NCBI GenBank assembly: GCA_044226625.1
Contig: JBGAGQ010000011.1
Span: 1 to 64,000, forward strand
Reading direction: 5' to 3'
Source of the DNA: Thermoanaerobaculia bacterium
Lineage (GTDB): Bacteria > Acidobacteriota > Thermoanaerobaculia > Multivoradales > UBA5704
DNA: 64,000 nucleotides
Below the pieces are notes generated by a model, which saw only the letters and a list, made by a program, of their open reading frames with translations, made no database searches and was not told where the DNA came from. Positions 40,264 through 50,884 of the stretch are shown one piece after another. Position 1 is the stretch's first letter, and each line of letters begins with the position of its first letter. The position numbers and the translations under genes were made by a program.

Positions 40264-42882
40264 ATGATGTCGCCCGCCATGCCGCCACCCCTCGCTCCCC
40301 TGCCGGTCGACGAAGTCCTCCCCCGGCTCGTCGCCGCGCTGGCCCAAGGCGGCAACGTCGTGCTGCGCGCGCCGACCGGCGCCGGCAAGACGACCCGGGT
40401 TCCGCCGGCGCTCCTCGGAAGCGGCCTCGGCGCGAATCGCACGATCGTGATGACCGAGCCGCGGCGGGTGGCCGCACGCGCCGCGGCGCGTCGGATCGCC
40501 GAAGAGCAGAGGTGGACGCTCGGCGGCGAGGTCGGCTACCAGGTCCGTTTCGAGAAGAAGGCGTCGAAGGAGACGCGGATTCTCGTCGTCACCGAGGGGA
40601 TCCTCGTGCAGCGCTTGCAGTCCGATCCGTTCCTGGACGGCGTGGCGGCGATCCTTTTCGACGAGATCCACGAACGGACGGTCGCCGTGGATCTCGCGAT
40701 CGCGATGGCGCGCCGAGTGCAGCGCGAGGTGCGCCCCGATCTCTCTCTGGTCGCGATGTCCGCCACGCTCGACCCGGGACCCCTTTCCGAGTTCCTGGGC
40801 GGCGCGGAGACGATCGAAAGCGCCGGCCGGCTCCATCCGATCGAGATCCGCTACCTGGACGGCAGCGACCCTCTCGATCTCAAGACGGAACCGCGCGAGA
40901 TCGCCCCCCGGGTCGCCGCGGCGGTCGAGCGCGCGCTCGCGGAGGCGCCTGGCGGGGGAGGGGTGCTCGCTTTCCTTCCCGGGGTCGCTGAGATCCGTCG
41001 GGCGGAGGAGATCCTTGGCGGCCGCGCCGCCGTCGCGGGCTGCGCGATTCTGCCGCTCTACGGCGAGCTGGGACCGGAGGCGCAGGACGCGGCGATCGCC
41101 CCAAATGCCCGACGCAAGATCGTCCTCGCTACGAACGTGGCCGAAACCTCGGTGACGGTGGCGGGGGTCTCCGCCGTGGTGGACTGCGGTCTTGCCCGGA
41201 TTCTACGTTTCGATCCGGGAAGCGGCCTCGATCGATTGGAGCTCTACCGCATCGGCCGCGCGTCCGCGGATCAGCGCGCCGGCCGCGCCGGCCGCGAAAG
41301 GCCGGGGATCGCCTTTCGGCTCTGGCCCGAGCGGGAGCAGGCGGCGCGGCCCGAGCGGGAGCGCTCCGAGATCCAGCGCGTCGACCTCGCCGGCCCGGCG
41401 CTCGAGCTGCTCGCCTGGGGCGAGACCGATCTGGCCGGCTTCGGCTGGTTCGAGCCTCCCGAGCCCGCGGCGCTCGCCCGTGCCCGCGACCTGCTCGCAC
41501 GTCTTGGCGCGATCGAAGGCTCCGGCCTTTCGCCGCTCGGGAGGGCGATGGCCGGAGTCCCCGTCCATCCACGCCTTGCGCGGCTGCTGATCGAAGGGAA
41601 GCGGCGCGGCGTCGGGCGGGAGGCCGCGCTCGTCGCGGCGCTCCTCGGCGACCGGGACCCGTTTCGGCGCGGCGCGCCGGGGGGTGGGCGGAGATCGGCG
41701 GTCCACGTTTCGCGGTCGGACCTCCTCGATCGACTCGATGCGCTCGAACGATTCGAGAAGAGCGGCGGCCGCGAGACCTCCTCGGCCGCGGGCGAGCTTT
41801 CGGCGGGCGCCGCGCGATTCGTGATCCAAGCGGCCCGCCAGATCGAACGCTCGGTGGCGGAGACGCCGGACGAAAAAGGCGGGAGGGGACTTCTCCCCAT
41901 AACCGACCGGGACGCCGCCCTGCTGGCGGCGGTCGGTGCCGCCTGGCCCGATCGGATCGCCCGCCGCCGCGAGCCCGGAAGTCCGAGGGCGGTGATGGTC
42001 GGGGGGCGCGGCGTTCGACTCGGCGAGGAAAGCGCGGTCTCGACCGCCGAGCTGTTCGTCTGCGTCGACCTCGACGGCCGCCCGTCAGCGGGAGGCGAAG
42101 CCAGGGTGCGCCTCGCTTCGGCGATCGACCCGGACGACCTGCCGCGCGAGCTCCGGCGGGAGGAGATGGAGGTCCGCTTCGATTCCGAACGAGATCGGGC
42201 GGTCGCCCTGTGCCGCACGATGTACGACGATCTGGTCCTCGCCGAGCGAGAGGTTCCTCCGCCCGCGGAGGAGGCCGCGCGGGTCCTCGCCGAGGCGGCC
42301 GGCCGCGACCTCGAACGCGCGTTGGGGTTGGACGAACCGGAGATCGCCGGTTTTCTCGCCCGCTGGCGATGGTTGGCGCGAGCCATGCCGGATCTCGGTC
42401 TGCCGCCGGCGGGGGAAGCGGAGATCCGCGCCCTGCTGCCCGAGCTCGCGCGGGGGCGGCGCTCGTTCGCCGATCTGCGCAAGGCGTCGCTACGGGATTT
42501 GCTCTCCGGCGCCCTGTCCTACCCGCAGATGCAGGCGCTCGCCCGCGAAGCGCCGGAACGGCTCGAGGTACCGAGCGGCAGCTCGATCCGGCTCGAATAT
42601 CCGGTTGAAGGCGACGGCTCCCCGGTTCTCGCGGTGCGCATCCAGGAGCTGTTCGGCCTCGCCGAGACGCCGCGCGTGGCGGCCGGGCGGGTGCCCGTCC
42701 TGCTTCATCTGCTCGCGCCGAACTACCGACCGCAGCAAGTGACGCGCGATCTCGCGAGCTTCTGGGCGAACACCTACCCGCAGGTCAAGAAAGAGCTTCA
42801 AGGACGCTACCCGAAACACTCTTGGCCGGACGATCCGCGAACCGCCGTTCCCGAGCGTCGCCCGCGGCGAAAAACCGGCTAA
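40264..42882 (+). CDS. hrpB: ATP-dependent RNA helicase HrpB
   Basis: GAGKTT, DEIHER, MSAT, ATNVAETS and QRAGRAGR, with C-terminal QVTRDLASFW...RYPKHSWP. Confidence 0.96.
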   Translation: MMSPAMPPPLAPLPVDEVLPRLVAALAQGGNVVLRAPTGAGKTTRVPPALLGSGLGANRTIVMTEPRRVAARAAARRIAEEQRWTLGGEVGYQVRFEKKASKETRILVVTEGILVQRLQSDPFLDGVAAILFDEIHERTVAVDLAIAMARRVQREVRPDLSLVAMSATLDPGPLSEFLGGAETIESAGRLHPIEIRYLDGSDPLDLKTEPREIAPRVAAAVERALAEAPGGGGVLAFLPGVAEIRRAEEILGGRAAVAGCAILPLYGELGPEAQDAAIAPNARRKIVLATNVAETSVTVAGVSAVVDCGLARILRFDPGSGLDRLELYRIGRASADQRAGRAGRERPGIAFRLWPEREQAARPERERSEIQRVDLAGPALELLAWGETDLAGFGWFEPPEPAALARARDLLARLGAIEGSGLSPLGRAMAGVPVHPRLARLLIEGKRRGVGREAALVAALLGDRDPFRRGAPGGGRRSAVHVSRSDLLDRLDALERFEKSGGRETSSAAGELSAGAARFVIQAARQIERSVAETPDEKGGRGLLPITDRDAALLAAVGAAWPDRIARRREPGSPRAVMVGGRGVRLGEESAVSTAELFVCVDLDGRPSAGGEARVRLASAIDPDDLPRELRREEMEVRFDSERDRAVALCRTMYDDLVLAEREVPPPAEEAARVLAEAAGRDLERALGLDEPEIAGFLARWRWLARAMPDLGLPPAGEAEIRALLPELARGRRSFADLRKASLRDLLSGALSYPQMQALAREAPERLEVPSGSSIRLEYPVEGDGSPVLAVRIQELFGLAETPRVAAGRVPVLLHLLAPNYRPQQVTRDLASFWANTYPQVKKELQGRYPKHSWPDDPRTAVPERRPRRKTG

Positions 42883-42917
42883 CCTGGTGCCTCCGAACTT
42901 CCTTTGGAGGATTCCCG

Positions 42918-44267
42918 ATGCGTAGCGTGTTTCTCCTATCTCGCCCCCTCGCGGCGGTGCTCTCGACCGTCGTGGTTCTGGCGGCCGGCATGGCCGGATC
43001 GAGAGCCAGGGCGCAAACTCCGCCGCCGCCCAAGGTGACCGTGATCAAAGCGGCGCGGCTGTTCGACGGCACCTCGGACCGCGAGGTGAAAAACGGCATG
43101 GTGATCGTCGAGGGGTCGACGATCAAGGCGGTCGGCTCGGGCCTCACGGTCCCGGCCGGGGCGGAGGTGATCGACCTCGGAGATTCGACGCTTCTCCCGG
43201 GGCTGATCGACAGCCACACGCACGTTTCTTTCGAATCGGGAGACAACTGGGCCGCCGACACGATCGCTCGCCTTCGACAGGGCGTGCCGGAACAGGCGAT
43301 CCGCGCCACCGCCAACGTACGGAAGACGTTGTTGGCCGGGTTCACCACCGTGCGGGACGTGGGCTCGGGCGAGTACGTCGACGTCGCGCTACGCAACTCG
43401 ATCGCCGCGGGGACGATCCCCGGTCCGCGGATGATGGTCGCGGTCCACGCGCTCGGAGCGCGCGGCGGCCACTGCGACGAGAGCGGATTTCCCTACATGT
43501 TGTTCGGCCGGGAAAGCGGCATCGAGGACGGCATAGCCTCGGGCGCAGACCAGTTCCGGGACGCGGTCCGTTTCCAGGTGAAGTACGGTGCGGACGTGAT
43601 CAAGGTCTGCGCGACGGGCGGGGTCCTGTCGCTCGCCGACGAGGTGGATACCCCGCAGGTGACGCAGGACGAGATGAACGCGATCGTCGACGAGGCGCAT
43701 CGGCTCAGGAAGAAGGTGGCCGTCCACGCCCACGGCGCCGAGGGGGCGAAGGTGGCGATCCGCGCCGGGGCGGATTCGATCGAGCACGGCTCGTTCCTCG
43801 ACGACGAGGGGCTCAAGATGATGAAGGAGCGCGGCACCTTCCTGGTTCCAACGCTACTGGCGGGCGAGTACGTCGCCGGCAAGGCCGCGGCGCGCCATTA
43901 TCCGCCCGAGATCGAGGCGAAGGCGAAGGCCGCCGTCGCGGTCCGCTCCGAGATGTTCAAGAAGGCGCTCGCCTTGGGGGTGAAGATTGCATTCGGCACC
44001 GACTCGGCGGTCTCGCCCCACGGACTGAACGCCGAGGAATTCAAGCTGATGGTCGACCTCGGCATGAGCCCGACCGCCGCGCTGCGCGCGGCGACGCAGA
44101 ACGCCGCCGACCTGCTTGGCCTGAGCAAGGCGATCGGCACGCTCGAACCGGGTAAGCAGGCCGATCTGATCGCCGTACCCGGCGATCCGCTGCAGAACAT
44201 TCAGACGATGGAGACCGTGCGCTTCGTGATGAAGGGCGGCCAGGTCGCAAAGAACGACCGCCCTTGA
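42918..44267 (+). CDS. Secreted amidohydrolase (Xaa-Pro dipeptidase-like)
   Basis: GGAGG RBS and a signal peptide, with PGLIDSHTH, GADVIK, HAHG, SIEHG and FGTD. Confidence 0.92.
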   Translation: MRSVFLLSRPLAAVLSTVVVLAAGMAGSRARAQTPPPPKVTVIKAARLFDGTSDREVKNGMVIVEGSTIKAVGSGLTVPAGAEVIDLGDSTLLPGLIDSHTHVSFESGDNWAADTIARLRQGVPEQAIRATANVRKTLLAGFTTVRDVGSGEYVDVALRNSIAAGTIPGPRMMVAVHALGARGGHCDESGFPYMLFGRESGIEDGIASGADQFRDAVRFQVKYGADVIKVCATGGVLSLADEVDTPQVTQDEMNAIVDEAHRLRKKVAVHAHGAEGAKVAIRAGADSIEHGSFLDDEGLKMMKERGTFLVPTLLAGEYVAGKAAARHYPPEIEAKAKAAVAVRSEMFKKALALGVKIAFGTDSAVSPHGLNAEEFKLMVDLGMSPTAALRAATQNAADLLGLSKAIGTLEPGKQADLIAVPGDPLQNIQTMETVRFVMKGGQVAKNDRP

Positions 44268-44428
44268 GCCGAGGGCAGAGGCCTCGCCGCGGGGGCCGCG
44301 GGGATCGTACCGCCGCGGCGAGGCCTCCCAGGTGCCAAGCGGCCGAGAATCGATTAGAATGCCGCTATGCGGCAAGAGTCTGCCGCACCCTGACAATTGC
44401 CGGACGCTCCGGCTGGGAGGCGGCTGCG

Positions 44429-45229
44429 ATGGCCCCTGAGATGAGAAAAGACGCTCAAGCGATCTGGATCACCGGAGCGGCCTCCGGTATCGGCCGCGAG
44501 ACGGCTCGGCTGTTCGCCTCCCGCGGTTGGAAGGTCGGCTTGATCGACGTGAACGAGCAAGGGCTCCAGGCGGTCGCCCAGGAGCTCGGCCCCGAGCGAT
44601 GCTTCGTACGCAAGCTGGACGTCCGCGACGGCGCCGACTATCAAAAGGCGGTAGCGGAGTTCGGAGCCTGGAGCGGCGGGCGGATGGATGCGCTGTTCAA
44701 CTGCGCCGGGATCATGAAGATGGGGCCGTTTTCGTCGACCCCGCTCGAAGACCACAAGCGTACGGTGGAGATCAACGTGCTCGGCGTGGTCAACGGCATC
44801 TACTCTTCGCTCGAGTTGCTCAAGAAAACTCCCCGCGCCCACGTCGTCTCGATGGGCTCGGCCTCGGGGATCTACGGCGTGCCCGATCTCGCCACCTATT
44901 CGGCCTCGAAGTTTTTCGTCCGTGGGCTGACCGAGGCGCTCAACATCGAGCTCTCCAAGGACGACATTACGGTCACCGACCTGATGCCGCTCTACGTCGA
45001 CACGCCGATGGTCCGGACCCAGACCTATCGGGCGGGCTCGCTCGAAACCTTCGGCGCCAAGCTCACGCCCCAGCAGATCGCCGGGGTGGTCTGGAAAGCG
45101 GTCCACGCTCGGCGAGTCCACTGGGTGCCCGGCGCGCTGCTCAAGACGCTCAACTACATCGGCGGCGCGCTGCCGTTCGTCTCCAAGCCGACGATGAAGC
45201 TGGTCGACAGCCGCCGCAAGGCGAGCTGA
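44429..45229 (+). CDS. Short-chain dehydrogenase/reductase
   Basis: TGAASGIG, NCAG and YSASK. Confidence 0.92.
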   Translation: MAPEMRKDAQAIWITGAASGIGRETARLFASRGWKVGLIDVNEQGLQAVAQELGPERCFVRKLDVRDGADYQKAVAEFGAWSGGRMDALFNCAGIMKMGPFSSTPLEDHKRTVEINVLGVVNGIYSSLELLKKTPRAHVVSMGSASGIYGVPDLATYSASKFFVRGLTEALNIELSKDDITVTDLMPLYVDTPMVRTQTYRAGSLETFGAKLTPQQIAGVVWKAVHARRVHWVPGALLKTLNYIGGALPFVSKPTMKLVDSRRKAS

Positions 45230-45230
45230 T

Positions 45231-46313
45231 TCAAGCCATCCTCGGATAGTCGACGTATCCCGCTTCGCCTCCGCCGTAGAACGTCGCCGGATTCGGCGCG
45301 TTGAGCGGCGCCCGCGCGGCGAAGCGCTCGGGCAGGTCGGGGTTCGCGAGGAAGGAAACGCCGAACGAGACCAGGTCGGCACGCCCTGACGCGAGCATCG
45401 CCTCCGCACTTTCCGCGGTGAAGCCGCCGTTGACCATCGACGGACCGCGGAAACGCTCGCGCAGATGGGCGGCAATCCGGCCCGTTTCGCTGTCCGGATC
45501 GGCGCTGCCCGGGACCACGAGGTGGAGGTAGGCGAGGCCAAACCCGTCGAGCATGCTCGCCGCCGTGCCGAACGTCGCGAACGGATCGGAATCTCTCATG
45601 TCGTTGAAGGGGCTGAGCGGTGACAGGCGAACTCCCACTCGGTTCGCCCCCCAGACCTCGGCAACCGCGGCCGCGACCTCCCGAAGGAAGCGGACGCGAT
45701 TCTCGGCCGAGCCGCCATAGGCGTCGGTCCTCGCGTTGGTTCCGTCGCGCAGGAACTGATCGATCAGGTAGCCGTTCGCGGCATGGATCTCGACCCCGTC
45801 GAACCCGGCGGCCAGTGCGCAACGCGCGCCGTGCGCGAACTCTCCCACCACTCCCGAGATTTCCGCGGTTTCGAGCGCCCGCGGCTGGACGTGCGGTTGT
45901 GGGCCGTCGGGCGTGCGGGTGTGCCCCGACGGGGTGATCGCCGAAGGGGCGACCGGCAGCTCGCCGTTCGGCTGGAGCGCCGGGTGAGAGATCCTTCCGA
46001 CGTGCCAGAGCTGCGCGAAGATCTTCCCCCCGCGCTCGTGTACCGCGTCCGTCACCCTCTTCCAGCCGGCGATTTGGGCGTCGTCGTAGATCCCTGGGGT
46101 ACCGAGATATCCGACTCCCCGCGGAGTCACTTGGGTCCCTTCCGTCACGATCAGCCCGGCGCTCGACCTCTGGCGGTAATACTCGATTGCCAGCTCCGCC
46201 GCGACATTACCCGCCGCCGCCCGGCTGCGGGTCATCGGCGCCATCACCATGCGGTTGCGAAGGACGTAGGGTCCCAGCTCGAAAGAAGAAAGAAGTTGGG
46301 GATACTCGTTCAT
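45231..46313 (-). CDS. nemA: Old yellow enzyme alkene reductase (NemA-like)
   Basis: NRMVMAPMTRSR, QLWHVGR, GVEIHAANGYLIDQF and FLANPDL. Confidence 0.9.
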   Translation of the reverse strand: MNEYPQLLSSFELGPYVLRNRMVMAPMTRSRAAAGNVAAELAIEYYRQRSSAGLIVTEGTQVTPRGVGYLGTPGIYDDAQIAGWKRVTDAVHERGGKIFAQLWHVGRISHPALQPNGELPVAPSAITPSGHTRTPDGPQPHVQPRALETAEISGVVGEFAHGARCALAAGFDGVEIHAANGYLIDQFLRDGTNARTDAYGGSAENRVRFLREVAAAVAEVWGANRVGVRLSPLSPFNDMRDSDPFATFGTAASMLDGFGLAYLHLVVPGSADPDSETGRIAAHLRERFRGPSMVNGGFTAESAEAMLASGRADLVSFGVSFLANPDLPERFAARAPLNAPNPATFYGGGEAGYVDYPRMA

Positions 46314-46414
46314 CTCGTGCTCCATCGCCGCAAAGGCGGACTCAGATAGTTCTCGGTCGGAAAGTACATACCTGTAACAGGGGACAAAAAAAGAGAGACC
46401 CTCCCCTCGGCTCG

Positions 46415-46831
46415 TCACGGCTCGCGCACCAGCGACGCGATCCGGGCGAGCGCCTGTCGATCGGCCTCGGCGAAGCGCCCGAAAATCTGGCTCTCCGTTT
46501 CGGCCAGAACTTTGGACCCCGCGGCGTGTCGCTCCCGTCCCGCCGCCGTCAGAGCGGCCCGCACCGAGCGACGATCTTTCGGGTCGCCGAGGCGCTCGAC
46601 CAGCTTTTCCTCTTCCAGACGGTCGATCAGCTGGGTCATGTTCGAACGAACGCAGCTGCACCGCTCGGCGAGATTGCCAAGGGGCAGCGGATCGCCCGCC
46701 TCGACCAGGCGGGACAGCACGTTGAGTTTCGCGAGCGAAAGGCCCACCGCGTCGAGCGCGGTCTCGATTCGGCTTTCGACTTCCCGAGCGGTCGCCAGCA
46801 GAAGATGCGCAGCTGGCGGAGAATCGTTCAT
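46415..46831 (-). CDS. MarR family regulator
   Basis: LSLAKLNVL...TQLIDRLEEEKLVER...DRR...LTAAG. Confidence 0.92.
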   Translation of the reverse strand: MNDSPPAAHLLLATAREVESRIETALDAVGLSLAKLNVLSRLVEAGDPLPLGNLAERCSCVRSNMTQLIDRLEEEKLVERLGDPKDRRSVRAALTAAGRERHAAGSKVLAETESQIFGRFAEADRQALARIASLVREP

Positions 46832-46903
46832 GCCTGTAGCATACGACTTCGAAGAATCGAGGGCAAGCGGGCGCCCGTGGGAGCGCCCGCCCGGACCGAC
46901 GGA

Positions 46904-48416
46904 TCAGCCGAGCTGAGGACCGGCGGCCTTGACCTCGGCCGAAACCCCGCTCGCGTACTTCTCGAAGTTCGTGACGAACATCTTCGCGAGCTCGTTCGCC
47001 TTCGCGTCGTAGGCCGCGGCATCCGCCCAGGTGTCGCGCGGGCGAAGCACCTCGTCCGGCACCCCGGCGACCGTCTCCGGCACGCTCAAACCGAAGATCG
47101 GATCGACGCGGAACGATCCCGAATCGAGCTCGCCCGAAAGCGCGGCATGCAGCAGGCGGCGGGTGAGCGAGAGCTTCATCCGGTTGCCGGTGCCGTAAGG
47201 GCCGCCGGTCCAGCCGGTGTTGACCAGCCAAACCTTGGCGCCCCCGTCGGCCAGGCGCTGGCCGAGCATCTTCGCGTAAACGCCCGGATGGAGGGGCAGG
47301 AACGGCGCGCCGAAGCAGGCCGAGAACGTCGCCTTGGGCTCGGTCACCCCTCGCTCGGTCCCCGCGACCTTCGCGGTATAACCGGAGAGAAAGTGGTACA
47401 TCGCCTGCTCGCCGGTCAGCCGCGCGATCGGGGGCAAAACGCCGAACGCGTCGCAGGTCAGGAACACGACGTTCTTCGGCTGCCCGGCGACCCCGGCGGG
47501 ATCGACGTTCGAAAGATGGGTGATCGGGTAGCTGCCGCGGGTGTTCTCGGTCTTCCGGTCGTCGTCGAGGTCGAGCGTCCGCCGATAAGAGTCGTATCCG
47601 ACGTTCTCGAGGATCGTGCCGAAGCGGCGGGTGGTCGAATAGATCTCGGGCTCCCCTTCCGCGGAGAGGCGGATCATCTTCGCGTAGCACCCTCCCTCGA
47701 TGTTGAAGACACCGTCCGGCCCCCAGCCGTGCTCGTCGTCGCCGATCAGGGTCCGCGCCGGGTCGGCCGACAGCGTCGTCTTGCCGGTGCCCGAAAGGCC
47801 GAAGAACAGCGCCACGTCGTCCTTGGTGGCGCCATAGTTGGCGCTACAGTGCATCGATAGGACGTCGTTTTTCGGCAGGACGTAGTTCATGACGGAGAAG
47901 ATGCTCTTCTTGATCTCGCCGGCATAGGCCGTACCGCCGATCAGCACGGTCTTCCGGTCGAGGTCCAGCAGGATGAAGACGCCGGAACGGGTGCCGTCGC
48001 GCTCGGGCTCCGCCTCCAGACCGCAGACGTCGAGGACCAGGAAGTCGGGCTCGAACGACTCGAGCGCCGCGCCGTCCTCTTCCCGCACGAACATGTTGCG
48101 CGCGAACAGGCTGTGCCAGGCCTTCTCGGTCACCACCCGGACCTTGATTCGATAGCGAGGATCGCATCCCGCATAGCCGTCGAAGACGAACAGATCCTTG
48201 CCCGCGACGTGCTCGCGCGCCCGCTCGTAGAGCGAGGCGAATTTTTCCGGGTCGAAGGGCTTGTTGACGTTGCCCCACCAGATGTCGCCTTCGCTTCCGG
48301 AGCTCTTCACCACGGCAGAGAGCGGCGGGAGAGAGATTCCAGTAGGCGGCGCGGGCGCGCTCCAAACCGTGTCGGTCGAGGCCGAAACGGCTGACGAAAG
48401 GTCCTTCGCTTCGCAT
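46904..48416 (-). pseudogene. pckA: PEP carboxykinase (ATP) with internal deletion and frameshift near 48315
   Basis: [32 protein letters not shown] and EGGCYAK are present. The N-terminal YWNLSPAAL is in another frame and the TGRSPKDK segment is missing. Confidence 0.85.
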
Positions 48417-48657
48417 GCATTCCCCCGGGTGATGAAGTTTGGATCGACGTCAGGACGTACGTACTCTTCGTCGGATCTCGACGGATATCGAATCGCCTCG
48501 AACGGCGCGGCCGACCCGCGGCGCCGCGGCGCTCCCCTTCTCCAAGAAGTCAGATGAAATCAAAAAAGCCCAATAGAGTCGGGGAGAGTCCGTCCAAACC
48601 CTATACCGACCGGCGGTGGATCTTAGAGCATCCCGGCCGAATTGCTAGAGTCCCTGC

Positions 48658-49410
48658 ATGGCACCCCTGAGAATCCCCCCCGCCGTCGTCTTGGTGCGGC
48701 CCCGTGAGGAGGGCAACGTGGGCTCTGCCGCGCGGGCGATGGCGAACACCGGCCACAACCGCCTCCTGCTGGTCGAACCGGCGGCGCCGATCGGCGACAC
48801 GGCCCGCCGATTCGCGGTAGGCGCGCACCACGTGCTCGACTTCGCGGCGCGCTTCGGTTCGCTTGACGAGGCCCTCGCGCCCTTTCGCCGGGTGGTGGCC
48901 ACCACCTCGACGCGAGACCGCCGGCTCACGGTGCCGCTCTTGTCGGCGCGGGAGCTGCCCGCCCTGCTCGCGGAAGATCCGCCCGACCTTCCTACCGCGC
49001 TGGTCTTCGGCCCGGAGGTCGGAGGGCTCACCGGCGACGAGCTGGCCCTGGCCCACGCCGTCGTCCACATCCCCTGCGCGCCCGAGCAGCCGACGCTCAA
49101 CCTGAGCCAGGCGGTCCTGATCCTCGGCTACGAGCTGTTCCAGGCGCGTCGGGAGGCGGGGGAGGCGGCGAGCGCTCCGGCCGGCGCGGGCGCGCCGCTC
49201 GAGCCGGCGACAGCGGCCGAGGTGGAAGGGCTCTTCGGGCACGTGGCCCAAGTGCTCGGGCGGGTCGGCTTCGATCGGGACGACAGCTTCGAGGGCGTGA
49301 TCCGCGATCTGCGTGAGCTGGCAGGACGGACCTCGCTGTCGGTCCGCGAGGTCAAGATCCTTCGCGGCATCTGCCGGCGGACCGAAAACGCGCTCGCCGG
49401 CAGGCGATGA
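48658..49410 (+). CDS. TrmJ/LasT family SPOUT RNA methyltransferase
   Basis: GNVGSAARAM, LVFGPExxGL and LNLSQAV. Confidence 0.92.
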   Translation: MAPLRIPPAVVLVRPREEGNVGSAARAMANTGHNRLLLVEPAAPIGDTARRFAVGAHHVLDFAARFGSLDEALAPFRRVVATTSTRDRRLTVPLLSARELPALLAEDPPDLPTALVFGPEVGGLTGDELALAHAVVHIPCAPEQPTLNLSQAVLILGYELFQARREAGEAASAPAGAGAPLEPATAAEVEGLFGHVAQVLGRVGFDRDDSFEGVIRDLRELAGRTSLSVREVKILRGICRRTENALAGRR

Positions 49411-49420
49411 TCCGGGGGCG

Positions 49421-50047
49421 CTATTCGGTGTCCGGCTCTTCCGGCTCGAACGGCTCGGGCGCGATCGGCCGCTTGGTGTAGCCGCGCAGGAACATCCGTT
49501 CGGTGAGAGCGGCCATGCAGCGGCGCGCCACCTTGCGCACGCTCGAAGGGTGATAACCCATCTGGACCGCGACCTCTCCGGAATCGAGACCGAGCCGATA
49601 ACGGAGCCGCAGCAGCCGTCGACAACGCGGGGGTAGCCCCTCGATCAGATTGTCGAGATCCCAACGGACCTCGGCCTTTTCCTGAGGCGCCGACTCCGGT
49701 TCCGAGAGGAGCTCCAGGATCACCGCGTCGACCGAGTTGTAGAGATTGGTGTGCTTCTTCCGCCAATAGACGACGCAGCGGTTGCGCAAGGTGACCAGGA
49801 GCCACGCTTCCGGATCCTGGATCTCGCTCCATTTTTGGAGAGTGGAGACGAGAGCCTCCTGGACCAAGTCTTCCGCATCGTGCGCCGGTACGCGGTAGCG
49901 CGCGAGGATCTGCTTGAGCCGCGGCCGGAGCCGCTGCAGCAAATCCTCGATGGACTCCCGGACGACCCCGCGATCCGCGGCCGGCGTATCGGGGGCCACG
50001 GTATCGGAAGCAGGTCGATCGCTAGCGGAACGATTGGAGGCAGCCAT
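49421..50047 (-). CDS. ECF-type sigma-70 factor
   Basis: Region 2 DAEDLVQE...PEAWL and region 4 LPPRCRRLLRLRY...EVA. Confidence 0.88.
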   Translation of the reverse strand: MAASNRSASDRPASDTVAPDTPAADRGVVRESIEDLLQRLRPRLKQILARYRVPAHDAEDLVQEALVSTLQKWSEIQDPEAWLLVTLRNRCVVYWRKKHTNLYNSVDAVILELLSEPESAPQEKAEVRWDLDNLIEGLPPRCRRLLRLRYRLGLDSGEVAVQMGYHPSSVRKVARRCMAALTERMFLRGYTKRPIAPEPFEPEEPDTE

Positions 50048-50212
50048 TCGAGCGCCCTGGATTCACGTACCGCGAACGGTGGTTTCCGCCGCGAGCCTTT
50101 GATGATAACGCTTCGCACCGTAAATGCTAGTTGCCGCTTGCCGATTCCCCTCCGATCGAGCGAATTTCGAGGTGTCCGGGCACCCCGATCGCCGGTGATA
50201 TGCTGCCTCCGT

Positions 50213-50884
50213 ATGCTTTCGACCTTACCTTCGAGCCGGGCGCTCGTGGCGCTCTCGCTGTCCCATTCTCCGGTGATCGGGGTGGTGAGGACCGGCGATC
50301 TCGCCACGGCTCGCTCCCAAGCCGAGCAATTCATCGACGCGGGTCTGGAGCTGGTCGAGATCACCTTCACCGTCCCCGGCGCGGTCGATCTGGTTCGCGA
50401 GCTGCTCGCGCGCCGCGGCGGCGAGGGCGGTCCGTGGATCGGCATGGGAACCGTCACCACCAGCTCGCGCGCACGGGAGGCGGTCGCGGCCGGGGCCGAG
50501 TTCCTGGTCACGCCGAACGTCGGGCCCGAGGTCGGCGCGGTGGCGCGAGAGGCGGACCGCTTCTGGGTCTGCGGCGCCCTGACGCCGACCGAGATCGTCT
50601 CCGCTCACGAGTTGGGCGCCGATCTGGTCAAGGTCTACCCGTTGCCCCCCGTGGGCGGTGCCGCATATCTGGCGACGGTCCGCCAGCCCCTTGGAGACAT
50701 CCCCATGCTCGCTGCCGGCGGTTTCGGCATCGAGGAGATTCCGAACTACGCCGCGGCGGGAGCGTCGGCCTTCGGTATCGGCGGCCCGCTGGTGGGCGCC
50801 GACCGGGACGACACCCGAAAGCGCGTGGAGCGAGCGCTCTCGCTCGCCCGCGCAGCGCGGACCGCTCGCCCGGAGACGCGATGA
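50213..50884 (+). CDS. eda: KDPG/KHG aldolase family protein
   Basis: GVVR, VEITF, GMGTV, GAEFLVTP, GALTPTEI and VKVYP. Confidence 0.88.
   Translation: MLSTLPSSRALVALSLSHSPVIGVVRTGDLATARSQAEQFIDAGLELVEITFTVPGAVDLVRELLARRGGEGGPWIGMGTVTTSSRAREAVAAGAEFLVTPNVGPEVGAVAREADRFWVCGALTPTEIVSAHELGADLVKVYPLPPVGGAAYLATVRQPLGDIPMLAAGGFGIEEIPNYAAAGASAFGIGGPLVGADRDDTRKRVERALSLARAARTARPETR

Noticed and set aside
45231-47690. 819-aa ORF as a large OYE fusion (likewise 38741..40477, 39748..40836 and 52668..53711)
   Set aside because: The N-terminal extensions overlap other genes out of frame. True starts with RBS or family-typical N-termini lie downstream.
48417-48657. Riboswitch or ncRNA upstream of pckA
   Set aside because: Only generic GC-rich hairpins are present, with no recognisable family motif.
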